Assembly: GCA_045577075.1 (NCBI GenBank)
Contig: JAZNHR010000025.1
Location: forward strand, 1-63,135
From: Clostridia bacterium
Lineage (GTDB): Bacteria; Bacillota; Clostridia; UMGS1883; UMGS1540
Reading direction: 5' to 3'
Length of the DNA stretch: 63,135 bases
Part shown: positions 26,650-36,233 of the stretch, piece by piece
Layout of the letters: the number at the start of each line of letters is the position of its first letter
Position numbering within the stretch: the first letter of the stretch is position 1
Made by a program: the position numbers and the translations under genes
Notes under the pieces: model-generated
Told to the model about the DNA's origin: nothing
Databases searched by the model: none
What the model saw: only the letters and a program-made list of their open reading frames with translations

Positions 26650-28469
26650 GCTTTTACAATCCTTTCTGCGTCCGCGGCAAGACTTGCGGCGTCCAGCTTA
26701 TATAGTGCATAAAGTTCCTCTATAGTGCCTTGGGGGACAAACGTATCAGGGAATGCTTTGGTATATACGCGATACCCACCGAGTGCTGCGGCAATTTTTT
26801 CGCCGATGCCACCGGGGGCAGTATTATCTTCAATCGTAATGATGCGCCCCGTTTTTTTGACGGAAGCGGTAAGACAGGGAATATCAATGGGCTTTGCACA
26901 GCGTAGGTCAATTACCTCGGCGCTTATGCCTTTTTCCGCAAGAAGAGATGCGGCAGAAAGTGCCGTATGGGTCATGCGGCCGAGGGCGGCAATCGTCACG
27001 TCCGTACCTTCTCTAAGGATTGCCGCCTTGCCAAAGACAAAGGGCGGCGCGGAAAGGGGAGAAAGCGAGCCTCTCGGGTACCGAACGGCAATGGGGCCAT
27101 CATGATTTTCTACGGCATAGCGGAGCATTTCTTCCAAACCATTCAAATCTGCCGGCGCGAGCACCGTCATGTTCGGAATATGGGTCAGGAACGAAAGGTC
27201 AAAAATCCCCTGGTGGGTTTCGCCGTCACCGCCTACAACCCCTGCCCGGTCTACTGCCAGTACCACATGGCCGCCCGAGAGGGCAACGTCATGCACAAGA
27301 GAATCATAGGCGCGCTGGAGAAAAGAGGAATAGATAGAAAGCACAGGGAGCATACCGCCTGCAGCAAGGCCTGCGGAAAATGTGGCGGCGTGGGCTTCGG
27401 CAATGCCGGTGTCAAAAAAACGGTCAGGATATTTTTGCATAAATTCGCCAAGACCCGAAGAATCCGGCGTGGAAGGCGAAATGGCGACGAGATTTGGAAT
27501 TTTCTCCGCAAGGGACACGATGGTTTTGCCAAACCGAGTGCTACAGCTCTCTGCTGCAGATTTTTCGGGGGACACGGCGTGATAGAGGGAGGGCGTCTCC
27601 TCGGCAGGGGCATAGCCCTTCCCCTTTTTCGTTAAAACGTGCACTAAGACGGACTCAGAAAGTCGCTTTGCTTCTTCAAGGGTATCGCAAAGCTGACGAA
27701 TATTATGCCCGTCCACAGGGCCGAGATATCTACACCCAAGCTTTTCAAAGACAACGCCGGGCGTTACGCAATACCGCAAAAGTCGGCTGAGTTTCTTCAT
27801 CGCCAGCGCGGAGGGCTTTCCAAGTACGGGAATGCGGTGCAGAAATTCACTCGTTTCCCGCTTGACTGTATAGTAAGCAGAACGTGTACGGATTTTATTT
27901 AAGTACTGGGAAAATCCGCCCACGACCTGCCCGATAGACATTTGGTTATCGTTTAAAATGACAATGACCTTGTGCTTGCAATGGGCAATGTGATTCAGCG
28001 CTTCCATGGAAAGCCCCCCGGAAAACGCCGCATCGCCGATGACAGCAATCGCCTCGCCGCCTTTCTGCTTTAAATCCCGTGCCGCCGCAAAGCCGAGGGC
28101 GGCAGAAATGGAGGTAGAGGAGTGGCCGGTGTCAAAGCAGTCATATTCGCTTTCCGCTTTTTTGGGAAAGCCGGACAAACCGCCAAACTGCCGTAAAGAA
28201 GCAAACTGCTCTCTGCGGCCGGTCAAAATTTTATGTACATAGCTTTGATGTCCCACGTCCCATATGATTTTATCGTGGGGCACAGAAAAAATACGGTGCA
28301 GTGCGACCGTAAGCTCGACTACACCGAGATTCGAGGCAAAATGCCCCCCTGTTTTCGGAACATTTTCAATTAAAAAGGCTCTGATTTCGGCACAGAGCTT
28401 TTCTAATGTAGGCACGTCCATCGCCCGAAGTGCGGACGGGGACTCTACCGAAGAAAGAAGAGTTTCCAT
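26646..28469 (-). CDS. dxs: 1-deoxy-D-xylulose-5-phosphate synthase
   Basis: 607 aa. GGHFASNLG, DVGHQSY, GDAAFSGG TPP motif. Confidence 0.95.
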   Translation of the reverse strand: METLLSSVESPSALRAMDVPTLEKLCAEIRAFLIENVPKTGGHFASNLGVVELTVALHRIFSVPHDKIIWDVGHQSYVHKILTGRREQFASLRQFGGLSGFPKKAESEYDCFDTGHSSTSISAALGFAAARDLKQKGGEAIAVIGDAAFSGGLSMEALNHIAHCKHKVIVILNDNQMSIGQVVGGFSQYLNKIRTRSAYYTVKRETSEFLHRIPVLGKPSALAMKKLSRLLRYCVTPGVVFEKLGCRYLGPVDGHNIRQLCDTLEEAKRLSESVLVHVLTKKGKGYAPAEETPSLYHAVSPEKSAAESCSTRFGKTIVSLAEKIPNLVAISPSTPDSSGLGEFMQKYPDRFFDTGIAEAHAATFSAGLAAGGMLPVLSIYSSFLQRAYDSLVHDVALSGGHVVLAVDRAGVVGGDGETHQGIFDLSFLTHIPNMTVLAPADLNGLEEMLRYAVENHDGPIAVRYPRGSLSPLSAPPFVFGKAAILREGTDVTIAALGRMTHTALSAASLLAEKGISAEVIDLRCAKPIDIPCLTASVKKTGRIITIEDNTAPGGIGEKIAAALGGYRVYTKAFPDTFVPQGTIEELYALYKLDAASLAADAERIVKA

Positions 28470-28470
28470 A

Positions 28471-29073
28471 TTATTTCCTGCTTTTCTTTAGTCGGAATGA
28501 AAACAGTGCAAGAAATTTACCGATATAAAAAACAAATTGGTTGCACTGATTGATCGCAATGGTTTTCCCGAGGGCTTTGCCACCCACCGTCAGGGCGGAA
28601 ACGGTGCCCGTAACAAACAGGCTTGTAAGGAGCGAGGGGAGAGAGTAATTCGTTACAAGCTGAGAAGCGATAAAGCTACCCGTGGCACCGCTTACGATGC
28701 CGCAGATATCCCCTACAACGTCATTACAAAAGTTTGAAACCTTTTCCGCATTGCGTATAAGGCGAATGGACTCTGCCGCTCCGCGGACACGGTTTGAAGC
28801 CATGGCGTGAAACGGGGCTTCTGCCGCCGTGGTGACTGCAATGCCTAAAATATCAAATATAATACCGAGAAATACGATGGTCAGCAAAATCAAAAACGCC
28901 ACCGTCATGGCCACATTCCCAAGGAGAGAAGAGGTTACAACGGTAATGGAAACAGAAAGAAAAAAGGTTAAAAGAATCGTCGTAATAATCCAGGACACGC
29001 TTACCTTTCGGCGCAGCGTGTGACTGCTTTTTACTTTCATTTTCCTGCGTTTATGGGGCACATCCTCTTTCAC
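28471..29073 (-). CDS. oapA: small 4-TM membrane protein, OapA-like (OLE-associated protein A candidate; CNNM/DUF21-like TM fold)
   Basis: Probable GTG start at 29073, 6 nt after AAGGAAGA; alternative ATG at 29040. The upstream part of the 257-aa track ORF runs through the structured RNA and is not coding-like. Sits immediately downstream of the large ncRNA and upstream of dxs. Confidence 0.6.
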   Translation of the reverse strand: MKEDVPHKRRKMKVKSSHTLRRKVSVSWIITTILLTFFLSVSITVVTSSLLGNVAMTVAFLILLTIVFLGIIFDILGIAVTTAAEAPFHAMASNRVRGAAESIRLIRNAEKVSNFCNDVVGDICGIVSGATGSFIASQLVTNYSLPSLLTSLFVTGTVSALTVGGKALGKTIAINQCNQFVFYIGKFLALFSFRLKKSRK

Positions 29074-29094
29074 GATACGTCTTCCTTTTATAAA

Positions 29095-29706
29095 AAATTT
29101 GGTGGTAGAATACGGAGTAAATTTTGCGGCATAGGTCCGAGACGGATTTCCCACTTCCGTGCCCGCGCGTCGCCGCTCCGGGCCGTTTCCGATTAAACAG
29201 AAGCCGAGCCAGAGGCTCGATTCGGATTGCCACTTAGTCCGCACTGCAATCCTCCGTATTCCACAGGTTACTGAACAGCCTAGGAGATTTCCTCAACAGT
29301 CAAACCGACTCTTAGCCTTTTTTGCAGATAGGATTTCAAACAGCAATATCTCCGATTTGTTGGCCGACAAATCGGGGCATGAACCGTTATCCTTCATACC
29401 CACGCAAGGCAGGCTACTCTGCCCACAGCGCCAATACGGCACCGCATGGCAGGTTTACTCCTACGCCGTACTCCGCCCTGTCGCCCACAAGGGACGAGCA
29501 GAGGTAGAAGCACGTACGCAGGTCTCCACGGAAAAGGGGTCAACGCTCGCATGCCATTGCGAATCGCCCCTAAACCTTAACCCCCAGCATCGACCCCCGA
29601 CTGGGCGTCGAAAGCCAACACCAGGAACTTCATCGATATGCCCTTCTACGGATTTTTAGGCCCGTCTTGGGAACCGGCATCCTGACTAGGATACTGCACC
29701 ACCTTT
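29095..29706 (-). ncRNA. ole: large structured non-coding RNA, candidate OLE (ornate large extremophilic) RNA
   Basis: About 610 nt between its own consensus promoter and the oapA-like gene, with no credible ORF. Many perfect local hairpins, for example CCGATTTGT/ACAAATCGG at 29352-29375 and CGAGCC/GGCTCG at 29205-29219. A 5'/3' closing helix GGUGGU (29698-29703) pairs with ACCACC (29101-29106). The ncRNA-oapA-dxs-tlyA context matches the known OLE locus. Boundaries are approximate. Confidence 0.65.
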
Positions 29707-29712
29707 CCATGC

Positions 29713-29741
29713 AGTATATCATATCTTTCGCACTTTGTCAA
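29713..29741 (-). promoter_or_regulatory. consensus sigma-A promoter of the OLE-like RNA
   Basis: Minus strand: TTGACA (29741-29736), 17-nt spacer, TATACT (29718-29713). Begins 3 nt after the prmC stop. Confidence 0.75.
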
Positions 29742-29744
29742 ATT

Positions 29745-30551
29745 TTATAACGCTTTTTTTCGCCCGACAACGCATCGCGCATTGCCGCCGAGATCATATA
29801 AAATTTCGGTGTTTTCAAAGAAGGGGTCCAGTATAGCTTTGACCTGCTCCCCTTGCCTGTAGCCGATTTCAAGTCCTAGATATCCCCCGGGGGCAAGGGC
29901 GCAAAACGCTTTTTCGACAATCACGGGATAAAACAGAAGTCCATCACTGCCCCCGTCAAGGGCGGAAAAAGGCTCGAAATCGCGCACGTCCTTCGAGAGT
30001 GTAGAAATCGTATCCGTTTCAATATAGGGGGGATTGGATAGAATGAGGTCAAAGCGTGCGGGCAGCGCATCCTTTAAAATGTCCAGATGTAAAAATTCGG
30101 CCTCTACGCCGTGCCGGCGCGCATTTTTCTCACTGATTTCCAGTGCAGGCAAAGAAATGTCCGCCAAAGTCAGGGCTTTTACGGGCGTGTTTTTTGCAAT
30201 GGAAATACCAATACAGCCGCTGCCGCAGCAAAGGTCAAGCACCCGTGCGTTTTCCGCGTGCTCGATTGCCCATTCTACGAGGCGCTCCGTGTCGGGACGC
30301 GGGATGAGCGTTGATTCGTCCACATAAAACGGCAGAGAGAAAAATTCCTTTTCCCCGAGAATGTACGAAAGGGGATAGCCTGTACGCCTTTTTTCGCACA
30401 AAGCAAGAAAAGCGGCCTGCACCGCATCCGGCACAGGCTCGCTGTAAAGAAATAACAGTTTTTCACGAGGCACGCCCATACAATGGGCTAAAAGCACCTC
30501 AGCATCCAGCCGGTCAACGCCGGCAGAGGATAAAAGCTGTCTGATTACCAT
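29745..30551 (-). CDS. prmC: peptide chain release factor N5-glutamine methyltransferase
   Basis: 268 aa. LDLCCGSGCIGIS SAM motif and the NPPY motif (SNPPYI). Confidence 0.9.
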   Translation of the reverse strand: MVIRQLLSSAGVDRLDAEVLLAHCMGVPREKLLFLYSEPVPDAVQAAFLALCEKRRTGYPLSYILGEKEFFSLPFYVDESTLIPRPDTERLVEWAIEHAENARVLDLCCGSGCIGISIAKNTPVKALTLADISLPALEISEKNARRHGVEAEFLHLDILKDALPARFDLILSNPPYIETDTISTLSKDVRDFEPFSALDGGSDGLLFYPVIVEKAFCALAPGGYLGLEIGYRQGEQVKAILDPFFENTEILYDLGGNARCVVGRKKAL

Positions 30552-31465
30552 TTGTCATCCTCCGGATTCCCCGTCAGCGTTTCGGAAAGGGCGGCGATGG
30601 CACATTCGATTTGCCCGTCGTCAGGCTCAATGGTGGTAATGTGCTGGAGCCACACACCGGGGGCAGAAATGATGCGGGTGAACGCATTTTCGTGGCGGCC
30701 GGCAAATTTAATCAGCTCATAGCCGATACCGGCAACAATGGGAAGTGTTAAAAGCTTAATGCCTGTGCGGACGAGGGGATTATCGGCAGTAATAAACATG
30801 GAAATGATAATGCCCACCAGTAGCACCAAAATCATAAACGAAGTGCCGCATCTCGGGTGAAAACGGCGCATTTTTCGCACGTTCTCTACCGAAAGGGGCA
30901 GGCCTGCCTCATAGCAAAATATGGTTTTATGTTCTGCACCGTGGTACATAAAAGTGCGGCGCATATCCTTCATAAGTAGCATAGCGCACATGTAGCCTAC
31001 AAAAATGAGAATGCGAAGGCCCCCTTCAAAAATGCCACGCCAGATGCCATTGTCAAGAGAAGGCACCGCGTCCGCCAAAAGGCGAAAGAGAAGGGACGGC
31101 AGGTAAATAAACAGACCTACGGAAAGAAGCAGGGCAAACACAACGCTTGCCACCATAAAAAGGCTCATGATAAGCTTGTTCTTTTTTTCGTCCTTTTCCT
31201 CTTCTTCCTCAAGCCCTGCAATTTCTGCCGAGCGCATCAGGCACTTATACCCGTAGCGCAGGGAATCAATCATGTTAAAAATACCGCGAACGAAGGGAAG
31301 CTTAAAAAACTTTGCCCTGTTGTTTTCGGGGGTGGGCATGGTTTCAAGGACAATTTCCCCTTCCGGATTTCGTACTGCCATGGCAGTTGTTTTCGGTCCG
31401 CGCATCATAACGCCTTCTATAAGCGCCTGGCCGCCGATGCTTGTTTTATGTGTAGATGGTTTCAT
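30545..31465 (-). CDS. DUF1385 domain-containing membrane protein (YqhQ-like)
   Basis: Start at MKPSTHKTSIGGQALIEGVMMRGP (31465) after AAGGAG. GAEHKTI motif. Usual partner of prmC. Confidence 0.85.
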   Translation of the reverse strand: MKPSTHKTSIGGQALIEGVMMRGPKTTAMAVRNPEGEIVLETMPTPENNRAKFFKLPFVRGIFNMIDSLRYGYKCLMRSAEIAGLEEEEEKDEKKNKLIMSLFMVASVVFALLLSVGLFIYLPSLLFRLLADAVPSLDNGIWRGIFEGGLRILIFVGYMCAMLLMKDMRRTFMYHGAEHKTIFCYEAGLPLSVENVRKMRRFHPRCGTSFMILVLLVGIIISMFITADNPLVRTGIKLLTLPIVAGIGYELIKFAGRHENAFTRIISAPGVWLQHITTIEPDDGQIECAIAALSETLTGNPEDDKW

Positions 31466-31569
31466 ATCGTAATAACTCCTTTGTGTTTTGCATCCTTTCT
31501 TCCTTATAGTATAGCAGAAAAGAGTGTGGCGCACAAGAGATTTTTCCCGAATTTATAATTTGTTAAAAA

Positions 31570-32103
31570 TTAGTCGGCAAAATACAAAATCTCGTCCAAG
31601 GCCTTCCGCTTTTTCGGGCGAAGGGTATCGTCTTTTGCGTAGCCGACGGCGATAATCAGCCGAATCCGATTTCCTACAGTATCGCCTAAAAGCGCCTTTA
31701 CCTTGCCCTCGTCAAACCAGCCGAGAATACAGGTGGAAAGCCCGAGAGAAGTAGCAGCAAGGCAAAGATGGGCGGTGGCAAGCCCGATATCAATCGGGGC
31801 ATACTGCTGGTCTTTGACTTTCCCTGCAATGGAAGCGGCAAGGGTGGCGCGTTCTTCGGAAATGACGATAAAGGCAGGGGCGTCATTTGTAAATTTATTC
31901 ATGCCCATCCCCTGTGTGCACTGCGCAAGTGCCTCTCGTTTTTCGCCCGATACCACCGTAAAGCGCCAGGGCTGGGAGTTACAGGCGGACGGGGAAAGAC
32001 GGGCTGCCTCTACCATGTGGCAGAGCAGTTCTTTTTCTACGGGGCGGCTGTCAAAATTACGGCAGCTTTCCCGTTTTTCTATGAGTGTAAAATAGTTCTG
32101 CAT
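31570..32103 (-). CDS. nitroreductase family protein
   Basis: 177 aa. RESCRNF...SPSACNSQPWRF motif. Confidence 0.85.
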   Translation of the reverse strand: MQNYFTLIEKRESCRNFDSRPVEKELLCHMVEAARLSPSACNSQPWRFTVVSGEKREALAQCTQGMGMNKFTNDAPAFIVISEERATLAASIAGKVKDQQYAPIDIGLATAHLCLAATSLGLSTCILGWFDEGKVKALLGDTVGNRIRLIIAVGYAKDDTLRPKKRKALDEILYFAD

Positions 32104-32160
32104 GAAAAACCCTCCTTTTTGCTTAGTATATCACACGGGAGGAGAAAAGACAACAGATAC

Positions 32161-33243
32161 TTACACTTTTTCCCTCTTAAGACGGCGAATGGCGGCGACA
32201 AGGAGCGTAATAAGCGGCAGGAGCATTTCAAAAACACCAAAGAGGTAGGCACCCATATTTCGAAACCAGTCAGGAAGCGTAAGGCCTGAACGGAAGAGAT
32301 ACATAGCAGAAAGAATAGCCGCGGCAGAAAGAAACAAAAGGCATATACCGCGTTTTTCAAAGGTTTTTCCCAAGGTATCCTCCGCTGCCCGAATGGTGGC
32401 ACAAAGAAGAACACTGATTTTAAAAACGCGCATGATAATTAGGGTAAAGGCAAACACGATTTCAAGACGGGAAAAAACGTTCATTAGATTGATAAGGCGA
32501 ATTGCCTCGTACGTCGGCTCCGTCAAATAGGAAAGACCAATGCCGAGGGTGGCAATGTCCCGAAGAAAGGTGACGAGAAGATACGCACTGCCAAGGAGCA
32601 GTCCCCAGAGAAAGCCTTTTTTTACGTTCGCCTTTCTGTCCGCATACGGTAATAAAATCAAAAAAACGATGATTTCGCAAAGGGGTGCGGCGGCAAGGAC
32701 GAAGGACCCTTGGGCGTATTTTTGCACGCCCAGTGTAAGAACGGGCAGAAAATTTTTAAGTTCCATGTTCGGAATGAGAAGAAGGGAATTTAAAAGGAGT
32801 GCGGAGGCCATGAAAACAAAGAATAAAAAAGCATTTCTTAGAATCACCACAATCCCCAGCTTTGCCGCGGCGGCACAGACGGCGGTGACTAAGATGAGGG
32901 TGACGAGCATAGGCGTTTCGGGCATAATAAATCCGGTAAAAAAGTCCCCGATATTTCGAAGGCTGACTGCTGTAAACCCGAGACAAAACAGGGTGTACAC
33001 CGCGTTTAAAAGCCGCCCGAGATGTTTGCCGTATACGAGGCTGTGTATCTCCAGGAGCCCATAGCCGGGGAAACGCCGGATTAGTAGGATGTAAACGCCA
33101 ATCACGGCAAGGCTTAGAAGAAGTGCTAAAAGGGCGGTAAGCCAGGAATCCTGAAAAGTAATTTGCGTTACAAAAACGGTAAAGAGAGAGGAACCGCCAA
33201 TGAAGGTGGCAATCCCGAAAAGAAGCTGACGTGTGGTAAACAT
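32161..33243 (-). CDS. spore germination protein, GerAB/GerKB (APC-superfamily permease-like) subunit
   Basis: 360 aa, 10 TM. Third gene of the ger operon. Confidence 0.85.
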   Translation of the reverse strand: MFTTRQLLFGIATFIGGSSLFTVFVTQITFQDSWLTALLALLLSLAVIGVYILLIRRFPGYGLLEIHSLVYGKHLGRLLNAVYTLFCLGFTAVSLRNIGDFFTGFIMPETPMLVTLILVTAVCAAAAKLGIVVILRNAFLFFVFMASALLLNSLLLIPNMELKNFLPVLTLGVQKYAQGSFVLAAAPLCEIIVFLILLPYADRKANVKKGFLWGLLLGSAYLLVTFLRDIATLGIGLSYLTEPTYEAIRLINLMNVFSRLEIVFAFTLIIMRVFKISVLLCATIRAAEDTLGKTFEKRGICLLFLSAAAILSAMYLFRSGLTLPDWFRNMGAYLFGVFEMLLPLITLLVAAIRRLKREKV

Positions 33244-33255
33244 ATGGTTCCTCCT

Positions 33256-34398
33256 TTATTTTACCGGCCTACCGATGCGTCCCGAGGAGTCAATTTTCGT
33301 TTTGACCTCCACCCGAACGGGCAGGTTATGAAATTCTGCATCTTGCATCGTTTCCCAGACTTTGGGGTGATAGCGGTAAAGTACGTCTGAAAATCCGAAA
33401 ATATCTGCCCGAAGCTCCTGGCTTTTTTGGAGACAGGCACGGATTTCGCCTTCAATTTCTCCGGCAAATGCTCCGAGGAGACGGTCAACACCCTCTTTTG
33501 TGGTATAATTTCCCTTACCCCGTTCGCTCCCGAGGGCACCCTCTGCCTCTGCCTCCAGTACCATGGTAACGTTTTGGTTTTCGTCCACTTCCGCGCGAAT
33601 ACCGCCTTTGGCGCGAATGACCTCAATGCCCACCTTGTCCTCGTCCATGGGCACCATGAGGACTGCCTGTTCCACTTCGTTCATCGTCCAAAGAAGGCCG
33701 CGCGTTTCACGCTCGGAAAGCTCACCAATCATCTTATCACCGTCAAAAACGGCAGTTCCCGTCATGTGGAGCACGTCCTCGCCTCCCGAGTTATCAATTT
33801 CAATAATAGGAATGAGAGGTGCGCCTTTTTCGGCGGCAAGCTTATTCATATAATCGAATACCGTCACCGTCATACCCGTAGAAAGCTGCTTTTGGGCCTG
33901 AATCAGGTCATGGATGTGCAGTGCCGGTATACTTTGAAAGCCGGCGTTTACGTCCAGTACATCTGCACCCTTGCCACGGGCTACCAGCAGATGCATGTCT
34001 AGACGCAGCTCATGGTCACGCAGGAAAAAGTCCATATAATTGCCAAGACCCTCTTCCGCCGTTTCCTGCCCGAAAATGACTACATAATTATGTGCCATGT
34101 AGAGCTTGGAGCCGGACTTTGAAACAGAGGAACGAATGGAGGGAAACACATATTCTCCCGTAGAGGAAAGATTTAAGTAGGGCTTTTGGTCACCGCCGCC
34201 GCTTTTTCCTTCGCTGGCGGCGCTTATGGTGCGCGTGTTGGCAATCTGGGCGGTAATTTCGATTTCATCTTCCTTTTCGCCTTTGTCCACAGCAAAGCCC
34301 ATCACGATTGCAATTTTGCCGATTTCCCGTCTGTTCCAGCAGCCGCAAAGGCTAAGGCACAGAAAAAAGGATAAAAGTATGGCTAGCGTTCTTTTCAT
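33256..34398 (-). CDS. Ger(x)C family spore germination lipoprotein
   Basis: ATG 34398 (MKRTLAILLSFFLCLSLCGC lipobox), 5 nt after AAAGGAG. The track TTG start at 34413 is less likely. Confidence 0.85.
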   Translation of the reverse strand: MKRTLAILLSFFLCLSLCGCWNRREIGKIAIVMGFAVDKGEKEDEIEITAQIANTRTISAASEGKSGGGDQKPYLNLSSTGEYVFPSIRSSVSKSGSKLYMAHNYVVIFGQETAEEGLGNYMDFFLRDHELRLDMHLLVARGKGADVLDVNAGFQSIPALHIHDLIQAQKQLSTGMTVTVFDYMNKLAAEKGAPLIPIIEIDNSGGEDVLHMTGTAVFDGDKMIGELSERETRGLLWTMNEVEQAVLMVPMDEDKVGIEVIRAKGGIRAEVDENQNVTMVLEAEAEGALGSERGKGNYTTKEGVDRLLGAFAGEIEGEIRACLQKSQELRADIFGFSDVLYRYHPKVWETMQDAEFHNLPVRVEVKTKIDSSGRIGRPVK

Positions 34399-34409
34399 GG
34401 CGACTCCTT

Positions 34410-35957
34410 TCAAGGTTTACTACGCCTGGGATTGCGCCGGGCGAGATTTGAAGGGCGCGTTAAAAGCCAGCGAAGGGGCAGGCGGAAAAGTGCGTCCTTG
34501 TTATCGGCAAGGTGAAAGGGAACAGCAGGGGAAAGATAGGGAATGCCAAAGGAGGACAGGGCGCCAAGGTGCAAAAGGAGAAGGAGAAGCCCCAGCGTCA
34601 GCCCCAGCCCCCCGAACACACCGGCAAGGAGCAAAAATAAAAGACGTAAAATCATGGAAGCGTTTGCCTGCGCCGGCGCGGCAAAGGCGGAAACGGCGGT
34701 GATGGCAACGGCGATGACCATGGGCGCACCGATGATGCCGGCACTAACTGCCGTTTCCCCGATGATAATGGCACCTACCATGCTCACCGCCTGCCCTGCA
34801 GGACGGGGCAGGCGAATACCGGCTTCTTTTAAAATCTCAAACACAATAATCATAATCAGCGCTTCAATGACGGCAGGGAAGGGCGTGTTGCCCTCTGCCG
34901 CCGCCATGGAAAGGAGAAGCTCCGTGGGGATAAGCTCTTGGTGAAACGTCGTCAGCGCTACATATAAAGGAAGCGCCAAAATACTAATCATAAACGCCGA
35001 GAACCGCACCATACGAAGAGCGGAGGCGAAAAGGGGCGCAATATAGTAGTCCTCCGTCGTTTGAAAATTCTCTACAAAAAAAGAGGGAGCAGTTAGAACG
35101 TAGGGAGAGCCATCCACGATAATTGCCACCCTGCCTTCGAGGAGCTTGCCTGCCACGGCGTCGGGCTTTTCGGAGCTTGCCATGGTGGAAAAGAAGGGGG
35201 AGCCGGGGTCGGCAATGTACTGCTCTATATAGCCGGAGTCTAAAATGCCGTCGGTATGAATGGTCGTGAGCCGTCGCCGCACCTCTTCCACAAGGGAGGG
35301 GTCGGCAATGTTTCGGACATAGCAAATGGTGATGTAGGTATTCGTCTTTTCGCCGACAATCATCTGCTCTAAGGTAAGAAACGGGCTTTTAATCTTGCGG
35401 CGCAAAAGGGCGGTGTTTGTCCGCATGTTTTCCACAAAGCCTTCTCTAGGTCCACGGAGAACCGATTCTGTCTGCGGCTCCTCGACGCTTCGCTGGGGAA
35501 AGCCCTTGGCGTTTATGATAATCGCGCCCGGAATACCGTCAATAAGGACGGCTGCGTCCCCGGATAAAACCCCTTGGATAAGGTCGCCGAATTTCTCAAT
35601 GGGGCGGCTTTCGCCTGCTGTCATGTATAGGCTTTGCACTTCTTCCATGGTGCGGGGACGTACTGCTTTTTCTTCGCCGACAAAGCCGTCATACATCAGC
35701 GGCTTTACAATTTCCAGCGCAACGCGGTCCGCACGAATCAGCCCGTCAACGCAAACCATGACGGCCTCCGTTCGGCTTTGCCCAAATTGAAAACGGCGCA
35801 AAATCACATCGCCGCTGCCGCCAAACATATCTTTCACCAGTTTTATATTCACAGCCAGCTTTTTTTCAATTTTCATATTTTCCCAAGGGTTGTCGTCAAT
35901 CCCGAAAGCGTCGTGTCTGGAAGAAAGTGCGTTTAAGATGGCAGCCAATTTCTTCAT
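34410..35957 (-). CDS. spore germination protein, GerAA/GerKA subunit
   Basis: 515 aa. Soluble N-terminal domain plus C-terminal TM bundle. GPREGFVE motif. Confidence 0.9.
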   Translation of the reverse strand: MKKLAAILNALSSRHDAFGIDDNPWENMKIEKKLAVNIKLVKDMFGGSGDVILRRFQFGQSRTEAVMVCVDGLIRADRVALEIVKPLMYDGFVGEEKAVRPRTMEEVQSLYMTAGESRPIEKFGDLIQGVLSGDAAVLIDGIPGAIIINAKGFPQRSVEEPQTESVLRGPREGFVENMRTNTALLRRKIKSPFLTLEQMIVGEKTNTYITICYVRNIADPSLVEEVRRRLTTIHTDGILDSGYIEQYIADPGSPFFSTMASSEKPDAVAGKLLEGRVAIIVDGSPYVLTAPSFFVENFQTTEDYYIAPLFASALRMVRFSAFMISILALPLYVALTTFHQELIPTELLLSMAAAEGNTPFPAVIEALIMIIVFEILKEAGIRLPRPAGQAVSMVGAIIIGETAVSAGIIGAPMVIAVAITAVSAFAAPAQANASMILRLLFLLLAGVFGGLGLTLGLLLLLLHLGALSSFGIPYLSPAVPFHLADNKDALFRLPLRWLLTRPSNLARRNPRRSKP

Positions 35958-36100
35958 TTTAGGGGCTCCTTTCGCACGCTTTTTGCAATAGTTTGCCTTT
36001 CTTCTCGGAATTTATACCCTTTTTTTGCACACATAAAGCCCGAAAAATCGGGAAAAATAGAAAACGGCAGTGATTTTTCTGAAAAAAATAAAAAAAAGAC

Positions 36101-36130
36101 TTGACAAAAGGCGGAGGAGTATGCTATTAT
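36101..36130 (+). promoter_or_regulatory. sigma-A promoter of tRNA-Thr/tRNA-Tyr operon
   Basis: TTGACA (36101-36106), 18-nt spacer, extended -10 TGcTATTAT (36122-36130). Confidence 0.7.
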
Positions 36131-36150
36131 ATTTCTTGCGTCATGAAAGC

Positions 36151-36226
36151 GCTGGTGTAGCTCAATTGGCAGAGCAGCTGATTTGTAATCAGCAGGTTGC
36201 GGGTTCGAGTCCCATCACCAGCTCCA
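36151..36226 (+). tRNA. tRNA-Thr (TGT)
   Basis: Acceptor GCTGGTG/CACCAGC, anticodon stem GCTGA/TCAGC with loop TTTGTAA, T-loop GGTTCGAGTCC, encoded CCA. Confidence 0.95.
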
Positions 36227-36233
36227 GACATTT

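Noticed and set aside
29159-29659. 166-aa plus-strand ORF, and other 60-66-aa ORFs, inside the prmC-oapA gap
   Set aside because: R/P/G/S-rich low-complexity translation with no RBS. It lies entirely inside the promoter-driven structured RNA on the opposite strand, so I read it as a shadow of a GC-rich ncRNA.
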